64,000 nt of DNA, taken from the IMG/VR virus record IMGVR_UViG_3300042508_000526; one strand, written 5' to 3'. The stretch's first letter is position 1. Every line of letters starts with the position of its first letter. Under the pieces are notes generated by a model. It was not told the origin of the DNA. It searched no databases and saw only the letters and a program-made list of their open reading frames with translations. Below are positions 19,515-29,420 of the stretch, in pieces. This DNA comes from a virus. Lineage: Duplodnaviria > Caudoviricetes. The position numbers and the translations under genes are program-made.

Positions 19515-21443
19515 TTAAGCCGGCGGCTGCCCCTGTCCATACTGCTGCGCCATAACCATAGCGCCGCCCTGCGACCGGGCCTGTTGTCGAATATCATCAA
19601 TAATGCTTGTAACGAGCGCGTGCATCGTCGAGTCAGCGCGCTTCAGTTTGATTAGCTCGCCGTCCTTGATCGACTCCGGCATGCTGAGCAGCTGGTTCGC
19701 GATAAGCTGTGCTTGCTGCTGCAGATCTTCCGGCGTGCGCGGTACGTTTGGTGAGTTTTGCCGCTGGGACAGGAACTGATCGACTGGGCTTGGCTGCTGA
19801 CCCGGCATACCGCCAGCCGGTGGCGCGGCAGGCGCAGCGCCGCCTTGCGCCGGCGGCTGACCTGTAGCGCTTGCACCGGGATCGCCGGCACCCATCATCA
19901 TGTCCGGCGACTGGCTCAACGACTTCATCGTCTGCGCCTGCTGCATTTCAAGCTGCATGCGCTCTTGCTCTTCCGCGTAAATCTTTTCCTCTTCGAGCAT
20001 CTGCTTGACTTCGTCTTGGTAGTCGAGGCCGACGCTCTTGAGACCCGTACGCTTGCTGATCTGCTGCCCCTGCATGAGCTGAAGCTTAGCCATCTGCCGG
20101 TTAAGGTCGTCCGCGTGCGTGACCCGGATAAGCTTCGCGCTCACAGGCTGCCACGACATCACACGAGAAAGCTGCCCAACCAGCTCGTTTAAAAATATGT
20201 TTAGGTTGTGCGGCAAATGACTCCAGTTTGCTTCAAATAAGCGCAAAGCCGCAGGCGCCGCTTGGAACGACAATGTGCCGCTGAACAGTTCTACAGGCAT
20301 GCCAATACATTTCAGCAGCGTATCTAGCCCTTGCTCGATGAGATCGCGCGGGGCCAACTGCGACGCGTCGCCGCCTAGTGCCTGATAGTTAACCGGAAAC
20401 GGCAAGACGTTCCAGCGCGCCGGATCTGTGCGGCGCGCACGAATCATCGCATTGACGCGAGACGTAAAGCTAGACAGGTTGATCGTGTGTACCGGGTCTG
20501 ACGACTGGCCGTCACCGCCGCGCGGCATGGGAGTTACAACACGGAAAGGAATGATGTAGTCCAGCGCAATCGCCTCGTTGTAGCGCTGCATGATCTGGTA
20601 GTACCATGCCTGCCTAAAGTTAGACAGCACGCGAGAGATACCCCAGCCGCGGTTACGCATGCCAGAGAGCGCGTCTTCTTTCAAGTGAAAGACAACACCC
20701 TTATCAAACATCAGATTCTGGCCGTTCTTGACCGCTTGAATAATTTCCCAGCTTGCGCGCTCAAGATGATGTAGATGCCCAGCGCGGATTAGCGTGCGAT
20801 AGTCTTCTGGAATCTTCCACACATACGAGCACTCGTTCGTGTAGGGGTCCCACAAAATATCAATTTCGTGCGGACTCCATCGTTTGACCGTGATGTGCCC
20901 GGTGTCACCGCTGCGCCTGTCAATGTGTTTCCACGGACCAGAGTATTTGCAGTGCGGGCAGGTCGCATGAAACTCAAAATCCTGCCAAGAGAAGTTGCAG
21001 GCTTTCGAATTGAAGACACGGTCGAGCGGCATTTCGAGGCCGCACTTCTTGCAAGACAAATACCGACGAAACGGCACGATCAAACTGGTAAATGAATTGC
21101 CATAGGTCATGTAGTCCATGGCAACCGAGTGCAGCACATTTTTAATACTCAGCGTTTCTTCGAGAAAAGTCTGATACTTTTCTTTTTCTTCGCTGCCAGT
21201 TTTGTTATCGCCAACATCGCGAATTTCTACGTCAGTAATAAAATAGCTGACAACGCGGTCAATGGCCTGCCTGTAGGGGCCGTTGGCGTTCATGATGTAC
21301 TCGACCCAGCGTAGAGCAGACTGGATGCTCTCGGGCATCGACAGACTTGCTACGTCGCAAAACGGGTCGGGAAAGCGCTCGTCATTCTGGGCGCCGCGGC
21401 CAAGCGCGTTATAGCCAAAAGACGTATTTGGTTGTTGCGTCAC
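19515..21443 (-). CDS. Probable portal protein with Zn-ribbon insertion
   Basis: 642 aa with portal-like order: YRQAIDRVVSYFIT, DYMTYGNSF, KRWSP..IDI, VFHLK...RGWG, IG.PVELF; internal CKKC...CPHC; Q/P-rich C-terminus. Confidence 0.6.
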   Translation of the reverse strand: MTQQPNTSFGYNALGRGAQNDERFPDPFCDVASLSMPESIQSALRWVEYIMNANGPYRQAIDRVVSYFITDVEIRDVGDNKTGSEEKEKYQTFLEETLSIKNVLHSVAMDYMTYGNSFTSLIVPFRRYLSCKKCGLEMPLDRVFNSKACNFSWQDFEFHATCPHCKYSGPWKHIDRRSGDTGHITVKRWSPHEIDILWDPYTNECSYVWKIPEDYRTLIRAGHLHHLERASWEIIQAVKNGQNLMFDKGVVFHLKEDALSGMRNRGWGISRVLSNFRQAWYYQIMQRYNEAIALDYIIPFRVVTPMPRGGDGQSSDPVHTINLSSFTSRVNAMIRARRTDPARWNVLPFPVNYQALGGDASQLAPRDLIEQGLDTLLKCIGMPVELFSGTLSFQAAPAALRLFEANWSHLPHNLNIFLNELVGQLSRVMSWQPVSAKLIRVTHADDLNRQMAKLQLMQGQQISKRTGLKSVGLDYQDEVKQMLEEEKIYAEEQERMQLEMQQAQTMKSLSQSPDMMMGAGDPGASATGQPPAQGGAAPAAPPAGGMPGQQPSPVDQFLSQRQNSPNVPRTPEDLQQQAQLIANQLLSMPESIKDGELIKLKRADSTMHALVTSIIDDIRQQARSQGGAMVMAQQYGQGQPPA

Positions 21444-21454
21444 AGTAACCTCGT

Positions 21455-21595
21455 TTATTTACTGGCCGCGTCAGCTGCGCGCTTACGAAAATCGTTATCC
21501 AGTTCTTCTATTTGCGCGCGCTTTTCCGTCGGCAATTTATCGCTGGGCTGCTCGGGCGGTGTGGTGCCGGGTTTAATTACGCCCTGCTTTTCCAT
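21455..21595 (-). CDS. Small protein directly upstream of the portal gene (below track cutoff)
   Basis: ATG 21595 to TAA 21455 gives 46 aa MEKQGVIKPGTTPPEQPSDKLPTEKRAQIEELDNDFRKRAADAASK. GAGG SD; fills the gap exactly. Confidence 0.6.
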   Translation of the reverse strand: MEKQGVIKPGTTPPEQPSDKLPTEKRAQIEELDNDFRKRAADAASK

Positions 21596-21597
21596 TG

Positions 21598-22521
21598 TTA
21601 AGCCTCATCAAAATGGGACTGGATAGCCCGCTCGACGCGTAAAACGCAGTATTCACGGCTATCATAAACATACTGGAAACCGGTCGTATGGACAAGGTAT
21701 AAACGCGAGTCATCGTTAATTTGCGCCGCCCACGGACGCTGATATGGATCATTTGACGGAGGAAACCACCGGGCGGCATTTTGCTCAAAACGCAAATCGT
21801 AAACTAGAACGATAAAACCGCTTTCTTCCATGCTGTCCGTGTCAGTGCGCGAAACAGCCACAATGACGTCATGAAAAAAAGCGGGCACGGTGCCGATACC
21901 CTCTTTTTCAAAATACACAAGTTTTTGTGGCGGGCCTGATCTGTGCGCGACTACCGTCGTGGGGGCCGTGGGCTGAAGCTTTTGTTTTTTAAGTCCGAAT
22001 GCCGCCATCGGGCTGTAGTTTCTATCAATTTTTTCAATTGGCGGCAGCTGCGGTTGCGGGGCCACTTCTTCTTCCAAGTTAGCCAGTAACGCTTCCTCAT
22101 CGTTGTCTACCGGCGGCGGAGGCGACTGGCGCACCGCGGCTTTTTTTACCGGTGGCCGCATACCTGCTGCGATCGACTTTTCCATACGCGCTAACTCTTC
22201 AAATACCATTGCCGCTCGCTCCCTCACAGAGTTGATATCATTACCCGGGAACTTTTCTTTGGCTAACGCCGACGCTGCTTCTACGGCATCTGGACTAATC
22301 TGGTCAAGCCGCAAACCGCCGACGTTAGCGCCATTTGGATCGATTACATTGATAGTGATTTTGCTGCGGTCATGCGGATCAAAATTCACAGGAACACCCC
22401 CAGCCGTAGACGGCGCCACAATAACGCCGCGCAAACCTTTTGGGCCGCCGCGCATCAGCTCGACCATAGAGCGCCCATTTTCTAGCCGTGTGGTGGCCGG
22501 GTCGCCGTAGCCGCTCTGCAT
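21598..22521 (-). CDS. Hypothetical protein
   Basis: 307 aa, GGAG SD, first gene after a terminator. Confidence 0.7.
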   Translation of the reverse strand: MQSGYGDPATTRLENGRSMVELMRGGPKGLRGVIVAPSTAGGVPVNFDPHDRSKITINVIDPNGANVGGLRLDQISPDAVEAASALAKEKFPGNDINSVRERAAMVFEELARMEKSIAAGMRPPVKKAAVRQSPPPPVDNDEEALLANLEEEVAPQPQLPPIEKIDRNYSPMAAFGLKKQKLQPTAPTTVVAHRSGPPQKLVYFEKEGIGTVPAFFHDVIVAVSRTDTDSMEESGFIVLVYDLRFEQNAARWFPPSNDPYQRPWAAQINDDSRLYLVHTTGFQYVYDSREYCVLRVERAIQSHFDEA

Positions 22522-22537
22522 AAAAGCTCCAATAGCT

Positions 22538-22573
22538 AAAAAAAAGGGGGGAGTAGCTAGGCTACTACCCCCC
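22538..22573 (-). terminator. Intrinsic terminator
   Basis: 12-bp GC-rich stem with one bulge (gggggg-agtagc / gctact-a-cccccc), followed by 8 U on the minus strand; overlaps the stop of 22565-22849. Confidence 0.8.
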
Positions 22574-22849
22574 GAAGGTTTCTGGTTTTAAATCTGCACA
22601 CACTGTATACAGCTCTGCTTTCGGCACACGAAAGTAGAGCCTACCCAGAGGCACGCCGCCTCCGCACGATAACTTAACCTGCGCTACTGTCGGGAGTACC
22701 TCGGCGAGTACCCTGCCCGAAAATAGCTGCGCCACCACCAAACCGCAATTGCTGTCGCCGTCAAACGACGGCAGCGTTGTCGGAGTAGGGTCTATGCCTA
22801 ACAACCAAGACATGACACTATCAGACTGCGGTTTGATGAAATAACGCAT
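22565..22849 (-). CDS. Hypothetical protein
   Basis: 94 aa, 1-nt overlap with the upstream stop. Confidence 0.65.
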   Translation of the reverse strand: MRYFIKPQSDSVMSWLLGIDPTPTTLPSFDGDSNCGLVVAQLFSGRVLAEVLPTVAQVKLSCGGGVPLGRLYFRVPKAELYTVCADLKPETFGG

Positions 22850-24069
22850 CAGACTAATTCAGCGTCGGAAGTTTCGACAGGCTGCACGTGGAATGTATCC
22901 GCGTGCTGCAAGTCGATCGGGGCGAGCAGGTCGCCGGCATACGGACGGGGCGGATTCTGCCACGTCGCAATGTCGTTAACCTGCACCGCGCTAAGCCGAT
23001 TCAATACCAATGGTTTACTCGGATTCGCCAAAGCTGTAAATAGCTCCTGATCCGTAGCTTCTTTTTGCGCACGCTTAGAAGCCTGAAACCGTAAAGACTC
23101 GGCTGCTGCTTCCGGCATTGTTTCCAGTGCCGTTTTAACATCGACCGAAACCCGCATGGGCTCGTCCGGAGCCAAAATGGCCTCAGCCACTTCTTCTTCG
23201 GACAGCGTCATTTCGGGCATTGTCATGCGAATTTCCATCGCAATATCATCCACAACCATCTGAGACGTGTGATTGTCGATCGCTACAATTCCACGCCGGC
23301 GCAGAATTTTAGCCGCCGGATTGGGTAGCGAAACGACAAGACTATCGACCCCGTTAATAAACGGATTACGGTCGAGAGCCCCGAGCACGGGAGTAAAGTC
23401 CTCCCGCGCACGGTCACGGAGTACGGCGAAAGACACGTCTTCGTCTAACGCGATCTTCGCGTCTACGAAAACAGTCTTACCGCGCGACGTAACCAGTTCT
23501 TTGCGTAACGCAGATCGCGTAATATCAAACAGGTGCTCTGGCGCAATACGCAGAGCAAGCCCGCTTAAGCGATCCTCGTCAATACGCTCAGCCCCGGCAG
23601 GAAACGGAATCATCACCCGCGGCCAGCGGGCTGGTTCCAGCTGCGGATCTTCGCCCCGCCTATCGGCGTAGCCAAAATCGCAGATCGCGTGCAACATGTC
23701 ACACGCACGCCGCGCATTCAAACGATGCTTGGGCTTGTTGAGATTCATCTGTGCGTTCCGACCCCGCGGGGTAATTGGCGCACGAAAATCCCAGCAACCG
23801 ATCGTTTCGAACGTCGGGACTCCATTCCTCGGATAACACACCGCTACTGAGAGCGACAATCCATCATTCTGCGTAACTTCAAGCACCAGAGCAGTCGGAC
23901 GAACTATGTCGCCGAATCTACGAAAGGGCTTGTCGAACGTCCGACCCTCGCCGGCGAGCCAACTAACAGCCACGAGTCCTTCGCAGCGATTAGCAACCCG
24001 ATCGAAAGCTTGCACGCCTACGGCCTGCATCCTTACGATATCTACTTCGTTCATTTTCTGCTCCCTCAT
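22849..24069 (-). CDS. Hypothetical protein
   Basis: 406 aa, protein-like composition; start could be 24054. Confidence 0.7.
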   Translation of the reverse strand: MREQKMNEVDIVRMQAVGVQAFDRVANRCEGLVAVSWLAGEGRTFDKPFRRFGDIVRPTALVLEVTQNDGLSLSVAVCYPRNGVPTFETIGCWDFRAPITPRGRNAQMNLNKPKHRLNARRACDMLHAICDFGYADRRGEDPQLEPARWPRVMIPFPAGAERIDEDRLSGLALRIAPEHLFDITRSALRKELVTSRGKTVFVDAKIALDEDVSFAVLRDRAREDFTPVLGALDRNPFINGVDSLVVSLPNPAAKILRRRGIVAIDNHTSQMVVDDIAMEIRMTMPEMTLSEEEVAEAILAPDEPMRVSVDVKTALETMPEAAAESLRFQASKRAQKEATDQELFTALANPSKPLVLNRLSAVQVNDIATWQNPPRPYAGDLLAPIDLQHADTFHVQPVETSDAELV

Positions 24070-24349
24070 ACAAAGTTACACCGGCGTTCCTACCTGAACC
24101 CCGGTCAAAGTGCTTCGAACTAAACAAAGTCCATTCCCGCGGTGTCACGACGATTTCGCGCCGATTACCGTAGACGTCTTTGTCAAAGAATTGAACGCGT
24201 ATCCTGCTTATATCAATCGTTTCCTGTCGTCTAACAGGCTGACCGTTAAAGCAGACTACTTCGCGCAAACATAGCACCTCCAATGCGGCACTAACGCCGC
24301 GATGATGAAAACGACGCCTGCGGCAAACAGAAGAACGCAGGACATACAA
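23990..24349 (-). CDS. Possible hypothetical protein
   Basis: Only track ORF covering the 24070-24381 gap; weak SD and 80-nt overlap. Confidence 0.3.
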   Translation of the reverse strand: MYVLRSSVCRRRRFHHRGVSAALEVLCLREVVCFNGQPVRRQETIDISRIRVQFFDKDVYGNRREIVVTPREWTLFSSKHFDRGSGRNAGVTLYEGAENERSRYRKDAGRRRASFRSGC

Positions 24350-24381
24350 TAAATATGCCCGCGTATGCGCAAAAATTTAGA

Positions 24382-24810
24382 TCAGCTATCTGGGTCTGGC
24401 AGGATGTTATCAAACACGTTTATCGTGTTTTCATCCTCATCAGAAAAGAACTCGTTCGCAGGCGCAGAAGAAGTGCGAACGTTTGGCGCCTTTATTTCAG
24501 GCGGCGTTTCTAAATACGTCGGATCAACTCCCAGATAACCAGTGTCATCGGGTTCCAAATCTTCGGGCACGTCGTACAAAGCAATGTTTGCTTCCGGCGT
24601 CAAAAGATATCTGTACGGCGGTTTTGATATGTGCAACCGTGTACCGGAGAACGCGAACACAGACACATCTGTATTTATAAGGGCCTTTAGCCGTGCAACA
24701 AGATCGGGCAGCGCCTCGAACTCTTCTGTCGCCAACGCGCCGTCAGAATGCAATATGACTACGTAATACTTAGTCGGCGGCGGGATTGGTTCATTTTGTT
24801 CTTCAGTCAT
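24382..24810 (-). CDS. Hypothetical protein
   Basis: Start MTEEQ at 24810 (TGA-C-ATG coupling); acidic tail. Confidence 0.7.
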   Translation of the reverse strand: MTEEQNEPIPPPTKYYVVILHSDGALATEEFEALPDLVARLKALINTDVSVFAFSGTRLHISKPPYRYLLTPEANIALYDVPEDLEPDDTGYLGVDPTYLETPPEIKAPNVRTSSAPANEFFSDEDENTINVFDNILPDPDS

Positions 24811-24811
24811 G

Positions 24812-25453
24812 TCAGTCTCGCATGGACAGTGGGTCTTCACCGGTAAACCCGCCTAATAACCCAGCCTCTCGGATTGCAGTCGGTATTTGCTCTTGGGCCG
24901 ACATTTTTACCCGCTGTACGCGTGCGGGAAATCCGGGGCGCGTAACAGCGTATACAACATCTTTGTTCGACATCACGCCAAAGACGGTTACCGTAATCAC
25001 CTGTCCCGAGCGCGATGTGGGATCTGGCACAACAACGTCGTGCTGCAAAGAATTCGCGAACATTGCGATTTTGGGATTAGAAAACGCGATGCCGCCAAGA
25101 AACTCGAAACACTCTTCTTTACGCGACGCTACGATACCGTAAACGCGCTTGTCCCAGTTCACTGATCGCTGCCGGCCGGGCGAAGGCATAATACCAAAAC
25201 CGCTAAAAAAGAACTCATGCTCGCGCGTCAGGTCGACGCAAAAAGGTCGCGCGTCAGCTGACTCGGCGGGGAACCGCGCGTCAAACTCGACAACGGGATC
25301 TCGGTCAAAGCCGCCGTACGTAAACAACAACGCGGGCGTGAACAGCACAACCGGCTCATCACGACTCTGCAGCGCGTCAAAAAAGGACAACGTCTGCACC
25401 GCGTCGGCGCCGACGATTACCTCTGCCTCGCGAAACGTGTCAGGACGGTCCAT
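24812..25453 (-). CDS. Hypothetical protein
   Basis: 213 aa, coupled to ruvC. Confidence 0.65.
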   Translation of the reverse strand: MDRPDTFREAEVIVGADAVQTLSFFDALQSRDEPVVLFTPALLFTYGGFDRDPVVEFDARFPAESADARPFCVDLTREHEFFFSGFGIMPSPGRQRSVNWDKRVYGIVASRKEECFEFLGGIAFSNPKIAMFANSLQHDVVVPDPTSRSGQVITVTVFGVMSNKDVVYAVTRPGFPARVQRVKMSAQEQIPTAIREAGLLGGFTGEDPLSMRD

Positions 25454-25456
25454 GAC

Positions 25457-26095
25457 TCATTTCTTGGCGTTCGTGATGCCGGCGTGCACGGTCTGAATAA
25501 GCAGCAGAAGAACGAAAGCGGCGTCTACCACATTATCTATGCCGGTGGACTTATACTTGCTCGCGTCAAAAGCCGCGCCCAGCAGTTTGTTTGCCGCGGC
25601 GATCATGTCGTCTTTGCTCGCTTTGCCGTTGCCCGTGGCATACTTTTTAATTGTGCTGATAGCGAAGCCGTTTGATAACAGGCTTGCCTCTTCAACCCAA
25701 GTCGCCACCGTGACTTTCATCCCGCCAAGCACTTCAGACGCTGTAGCTACGCGAGAAAGAACCGCCGGAATCCCAAACTTCTTGTTTACAAAAAACTCGC
25801 GGGGCGGCGTGTATTTGACGTCCTCGTAGCCGACGACGTCCGGCGACACAGTGTTTAAAAACGCGCGCAATCGAACAAACCGCGCCGCGCCGGATTCCAG
25901 CCCTTGAGTCGACAGGTCCCACTGAAAAAGCTGCAGCTTCTCCTGCAGTATTTTTTTGCCCGGAACTAAGTCGTAAACGGCGACGCCACAATTACTGCCC
26001 AAATCCAGCCCAAGGAACCGAATAGCGTCTGCCGGTTTTTTATCTAATTTTGCCCCAAACTGCTTGGGGTCTTTGTACATCCTGTACTTGGGCAC
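25457..26095 (-). CDS. ruvC: RuvC-like Holliday junction resolvase
   Basis: FLGLDLGSNCG (D), VGYEDV (E), IKKYATGNGKASKDDM, DNVVDA (D..D). Confidence 0.85.
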   Translation of the reverse strand: MPKYRMYKDPKQFGAKLDKKPADAIRFLGLDLGSNCGVAVYDLVPGKKILQEKLQLFQWDLSTQGLESGAARFVRLRAFLNTVSPDVVGYEDVKYTPPREFFVNKKFGIPAVLSRVATASEVLGGMKVTVATWVEEASLLSNGFAISTIKKYATGNGKASKDDMIAAANKLLGAAFDASKYKSTGIDNVVDAAFVLLLLIQTVHAGITNAKK

Positions 26096-26108
26096 GCCGG
26101 GCTCCTAA

Positions 26109-26792
26109 CTATTTCGGTCCTGTGTAGTCGGTCTTTTCAGACGACCAGTCAACAAACCGCTGCCACCAGCTCTTCTTTGCTGCTAGCGCCGCAGTAGCTA
26201 ACTTCTCTTTTGCAACAGCCTCATCAAGTTTTTCTTGAGCGGCTTGCAACTCCTTATACACCAAATTCAAACGTGTTTGCAACACATCATTGCGCAACTG
26301 CATCAGCGCCGCGGTTATATCGGCGTTGTACGTTGGCGCATTAGCGCGTTTAGCGAACTCATTCACAATAGCAGTAAACCGCGCCATACCTGCGGCTACC
26401 GGAGAGTCTTCGCCCATGACCGACACTTCGCGTACGGCAGAAAACCACGCAGCGCAAAAGACCTCGCCAATTGACGAAAACAGCGCCTGCCGCACGGCGT
26501 ACCGAAAGTTAAAAAAACCATGCCGGTTCAATGCCTGCTCAAAACTTTGAACGGGATCACCGCCGTTGACAAAGTCTTTTTGCGCTTTTGCTAAGGCTGA
26601 CGCAACAGCAACGATCTCGTCTTGCGACACGTTCTCGTCGGCATACCACTGTTTGGCCTCTTCTGTGCGCGCAGCCTCATCAAGGTTTTCAATCGCGCGT
26701 ACCATGAGCGTTGGCGTAATGTACGCGTAGTCGCGCTCAGGATTATAAAGCGGGCCCGAATCACCCTTTTGCCGATACCCAATACTCGCCAT
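26109..26792 (-). CDS. Hypothetical protein with C-terminal coiled coil
   Basis: 227 aa, GGAGG SD. Confidence 0.7.
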   Translation of the reverse strand: MASIGYRQKGDSGPLYNPERDYAYITPTLMVRAIENLDEAARTEEAKQWYADENVSQDEIVAVASALAKAQKDFVNGGDPVQSFEQALNRHGFFNFRYAVRQALFSSIGEVFCAAWFSAVREVSVMGEDSPVAAGMARFTAIVNEFAKRANAPTYNADITAALMQLRNDVLQTRLNLVYKELQAAQEKLDEAVAKEKLATAALAAKKSWWQRFVDWSSEKTDYTGPK

Positions 26793-26801
26793 TATCGCCT
26801 C

Positions 26802-27653
26802 CTAGTGCGTTGGCTCTGCGTGTTGTGAAGAAACATACCGACACCGTACGCACATTACGCCGGAATCAGCCGGATCAAAAAACCCATCAGCATTACAGTT
26901 TGCGCAGTGCCGGCTTACGTATGTTCGCGGATGGGTAGCAAAAGCGCATTGATCATAGCCTAGCCAGCAGTGCACGCACGCATGCTCGTACTGATCGGGA
27001 CAAGGCTTTGCACGCACCCGAACCTCAATCCGCTCTCGGTTCGCGCGCAGCATGCTACTACTGGCGCTTACTTTCGAGAAGAACGGCGCCTCGCGGCTTT
27101 TTGCGGCCTCGACATGCGCGTAAAAAAGCAGATTTACAAAGTGCAGCGCCGTGTGATACGGATATGGCCCCCACTGCTTTGAAAAGCCAATGCTCTGTGA
27201 AATTGCTCCGCAGCTAGCCCGCGATAAAAACTGCGTGAATAACATTGGACACGGAGACCCGGCCAACGCGCGACAGCTGAAAATAAAACCCGGTGTGTTC
27301 TTCCGCTTAAATGGCCGCACGCTTTCAACAATAATCGGAACAATCTCGTCCTCAACTTGGCGCGTCCACGGTAGAACAGCCTGCCCCGCGTTTAAGCGGT
27401 CTATGTTACCGGCGAGCCGCCACGCTAAGTTTGCCGCCCCTTGCCGCGTAAGTTTTGTTCCGGCTAACGCGCGTATAGAGTCGAACACAGCCAGCTGTGA
27501 CACTGACTCTGGCATTTCTTGAAGTACATCGCGGCACATGTCGCGAAGAGTGTCGCTGACAATATTTGCGTCGATGTACGGGCGCAATGCCACGTTAGCT
27601 AGGCGATCGCGCCGGTCGCGCAGCCTTTTATAACTAAACGGGGTTGCTTTCAT
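26802..27653 (-). CDS. Hypothetical protein with Cys-rich multi-Zn-finger C-terminus
   Basis: Likely start MKATPF at 27653; CP...HACVHC...C...CANC...CVRC. Confidence 0.65.
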   Translation of the reverse strand: MKATPFSYKRLRDRRDRLANVALRPYIDANIVSDTLRDMCRDVLQEMPESVSQLAVFDSIRALAGTKLTRQGAANLAWRLAGNIDRLNAGQAVLPWTRQVEDEIVPIIVESVRPFKRKNTPGFIFSCRALAGSPCPMLFTQFLSRASCGAISQSIGFSKQWGPYPYHTALHFVNLLFYAHVEAAKSREAPFFSKVSASSSMLRANRERIEVRVRAKPCPDQYEHACVHCWLGYDQCAFATHPRTYVSRHCANCNADGFFDPADSGVMCVRCRYVSSQHAEPTH

Positions 27654-28257
27654 TTTGTCCCTGTGGCTGCAGCGTAATCGGCGCATCAGAGACACTGTTC
27701 GCCGGCGTACTCGACGAAACCCGACGATCCGGGTTGTTGGCTTCCCAGCTTTCACGCGCTTTAGTGCACGTGTCTTCTGTCTGCTGCGCAGTATCCTTGA
27801 CCGCCGCAGCTTCCTGCTGCAACGTCAAAATGATTGTACCAAGCTCTGTCGACAAAAGGTTAGCGATGTCGCCTACGCAAATGACGTTCTTTATGACCGC
27901 CGTGGTCGACTCAGATTCTTTGCCGTCTTTTACCGTTTTGAACTTGAAGACAATTTCTTCAATCTTCAGGGTGTCCGGTATTGGATCTGAAAGAGATTTG
28001 CCGTGCAACTCAGCGCCGATTTGTTTCAGCGCGTTGAACCGCGAATAAAGCTCTTCCATACGCGCGCCAGCAGATTTAATGATATCTGCCGGATTGATCC
28101 GCGTCACCGACGGCTGCGCCTGCGTTTGCGCGGCCGATTGGAGCGCCTTAACTAAACCAGACGCATCCATTTTGATCGGCACGTTGACGTTTGTCGTGCC
28201 GCTAACTGTAGTGTTTCCAGCACTCACGCACTTTACGGCGTCCACAACATCTGCCAT
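27634..28257 (-). CDS. Hypothetical coiled-coil protein
   Basis: 207 aa, GGAG SD. Confidence 0.7.
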   Translation of the reverse strand: MADVVDAVKCVSAGNTTVSGTTNVNVPIKMDASGLVKALQSAAQTQAQPSVTRINPADIIKSAGARMEELYSRFNALKQIGAELHGKSLSDPIPDTLKIEEIVFKFKTVKDGKESESTTAVIKNVICVGDIANLLSTELGTIILTLQQEAAAVKDTAQQTEDTCTKARESWEANNPDRRVSSSTPANSVSDAPITLQPQGQNESNPV

Positions 28258-28269
28258 ATATCTGTTCTC

Positions 28270-28674
28270 CTAAAAAAGTGTAACTGCAAAACCGACCCAA
28301 AATCGGATACCGGTATGCTTATCGCTATCGTTTGCGTACAGCAACTCTACTGGGTTGCCGGTGACAATAAATAGTTGGTCTACTTTGCCGGGCAACTTAC
28401 CCGCGCAAGATAATCCGAGCTGCAGCATAAACGCCAGCGCTAAATCGGACGTCGGATGTAAATCATACGAGAACAGCGGAATACGTAAATACTCGTCGTT
28501 TTTCGTAAACGCCCAAACCGGATTTTCATTTGGGTTAAACGGCGCGTCCAACACAATCCAATCTTTGTTTCCTGCGTCATCGGCAGGAACTAAAAGAGCT
28601 GGCGCAAACGGCAGTCCGTCCGGCCAATTGGCTTTTGTTTTATTTAAGTCTACGCGCGCTGTTCTTAGTTTCAT
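28270..28674 (-). CDS. Hypothetical protein
   Basis: 134 aa, ATGA overlap. Confidence 0.65.
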   Translation of the reverse strand: MKLRTARVDLNKTKANWPDGLPFAPALLVPADDAGNKDWIVLDAPFNPNENPVWAFTKNDEYLRIPLFSYDLHPTSDLALAFMLQLGLSCAGKLPGKVDQLFIVTGNPVELLYANDSDKHTGIRFWVGFAVTLF

Positions 28675-29396
28675 TGGTAGTCGTGGCCAATCGGTTGTTC
28701 TTTAGCTGCCCGTCTGGACCCCGCAGCCTCGACGCCATCGGCATTGGCGTTGATCCATATGCCGTCGCGAAAATGGCAGACTACCAGATTTTGCTGTCTG
28801 CACAACTCCCCAAACATGACGTCTAAGCCCGCATGAATTTTTGTATCTGGCGGCCAGTTACATTGCTGTAAAACAGCTGTCTGCGCCGCCCACCAGCTGC
28901 CCGCAGCATGCGTAATATACGGCTGCGGTTCTTTGTCGTTATACCACGGCTGAGCTTTTATCCAATTTGCCTGATTTCCTACAAGCCGGGTTTTGTAAAC
29001 AGAACCAACTACTGCGTTAGATTGCAGCTGCTGTTGCAGCCGCGGCAGCCAACTGTCGATATCAGTGTCCGGCGCAAAACACGAGTCGTCATCAAACCAG
29101 ACGGTTATAGGCGCCGTAATCGGCGTCGAGTAAAACAGCCGGCGCATCATCGGGTATTTGTGTATGTTGTGCGGCGAGTCGATAACTTGCGCGTTTTTAA
29201 AGTGCGCAGAAATCTGCTGCTGTATAAACAAACGAGTTTCGTCGCTCACGGCATTGCAGCCGAAACGAAACTCAACCGGATACGCAGCTAACTGCTGCAT
29301 CGGTTTGTTTAAGACACGCTGCGCCAGTTTATGGCAAGCCGCATCGCTGCCATAAAACAACACGCACACGCAGACAATAGCGGCTCCATCCGCCAT
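28671..29396 (-). CDS. GT-A fold (GT2-like) glycosyltransferase
   Basis: N-terminal beta strand CVCVLFYG, N..KYP.MR, ITVWFDDDS (DxD), HAAGSWW, DVMFG. Confidence 0.7.
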   Translation of the reverse strand: MADGAAIVCVCVLFYGSDAACHKLAQRVLNKPMQQLAAYPVEFRFGCNAVSDETRLFIQQQISAHFKNAQVIDSPHNIHKYPMMRRLFYSTPITAPITVWFDDDSCFAPDTDIDSWLPRLQQQLQSNAVVGSVYKTRLVGNQANWIKAQPWYNDKEPQPYITHAAGSWWAAQTAVLQQCNWPPDTKIHAGLDVMFGELCRQQNLVVCHFRDGIWINANADGVEAAGSRRAAKEQPIGHDYQ

Positions 29397-29420
29397 ATCG
29401 ACTCCGTTCTTTATCGCGTC

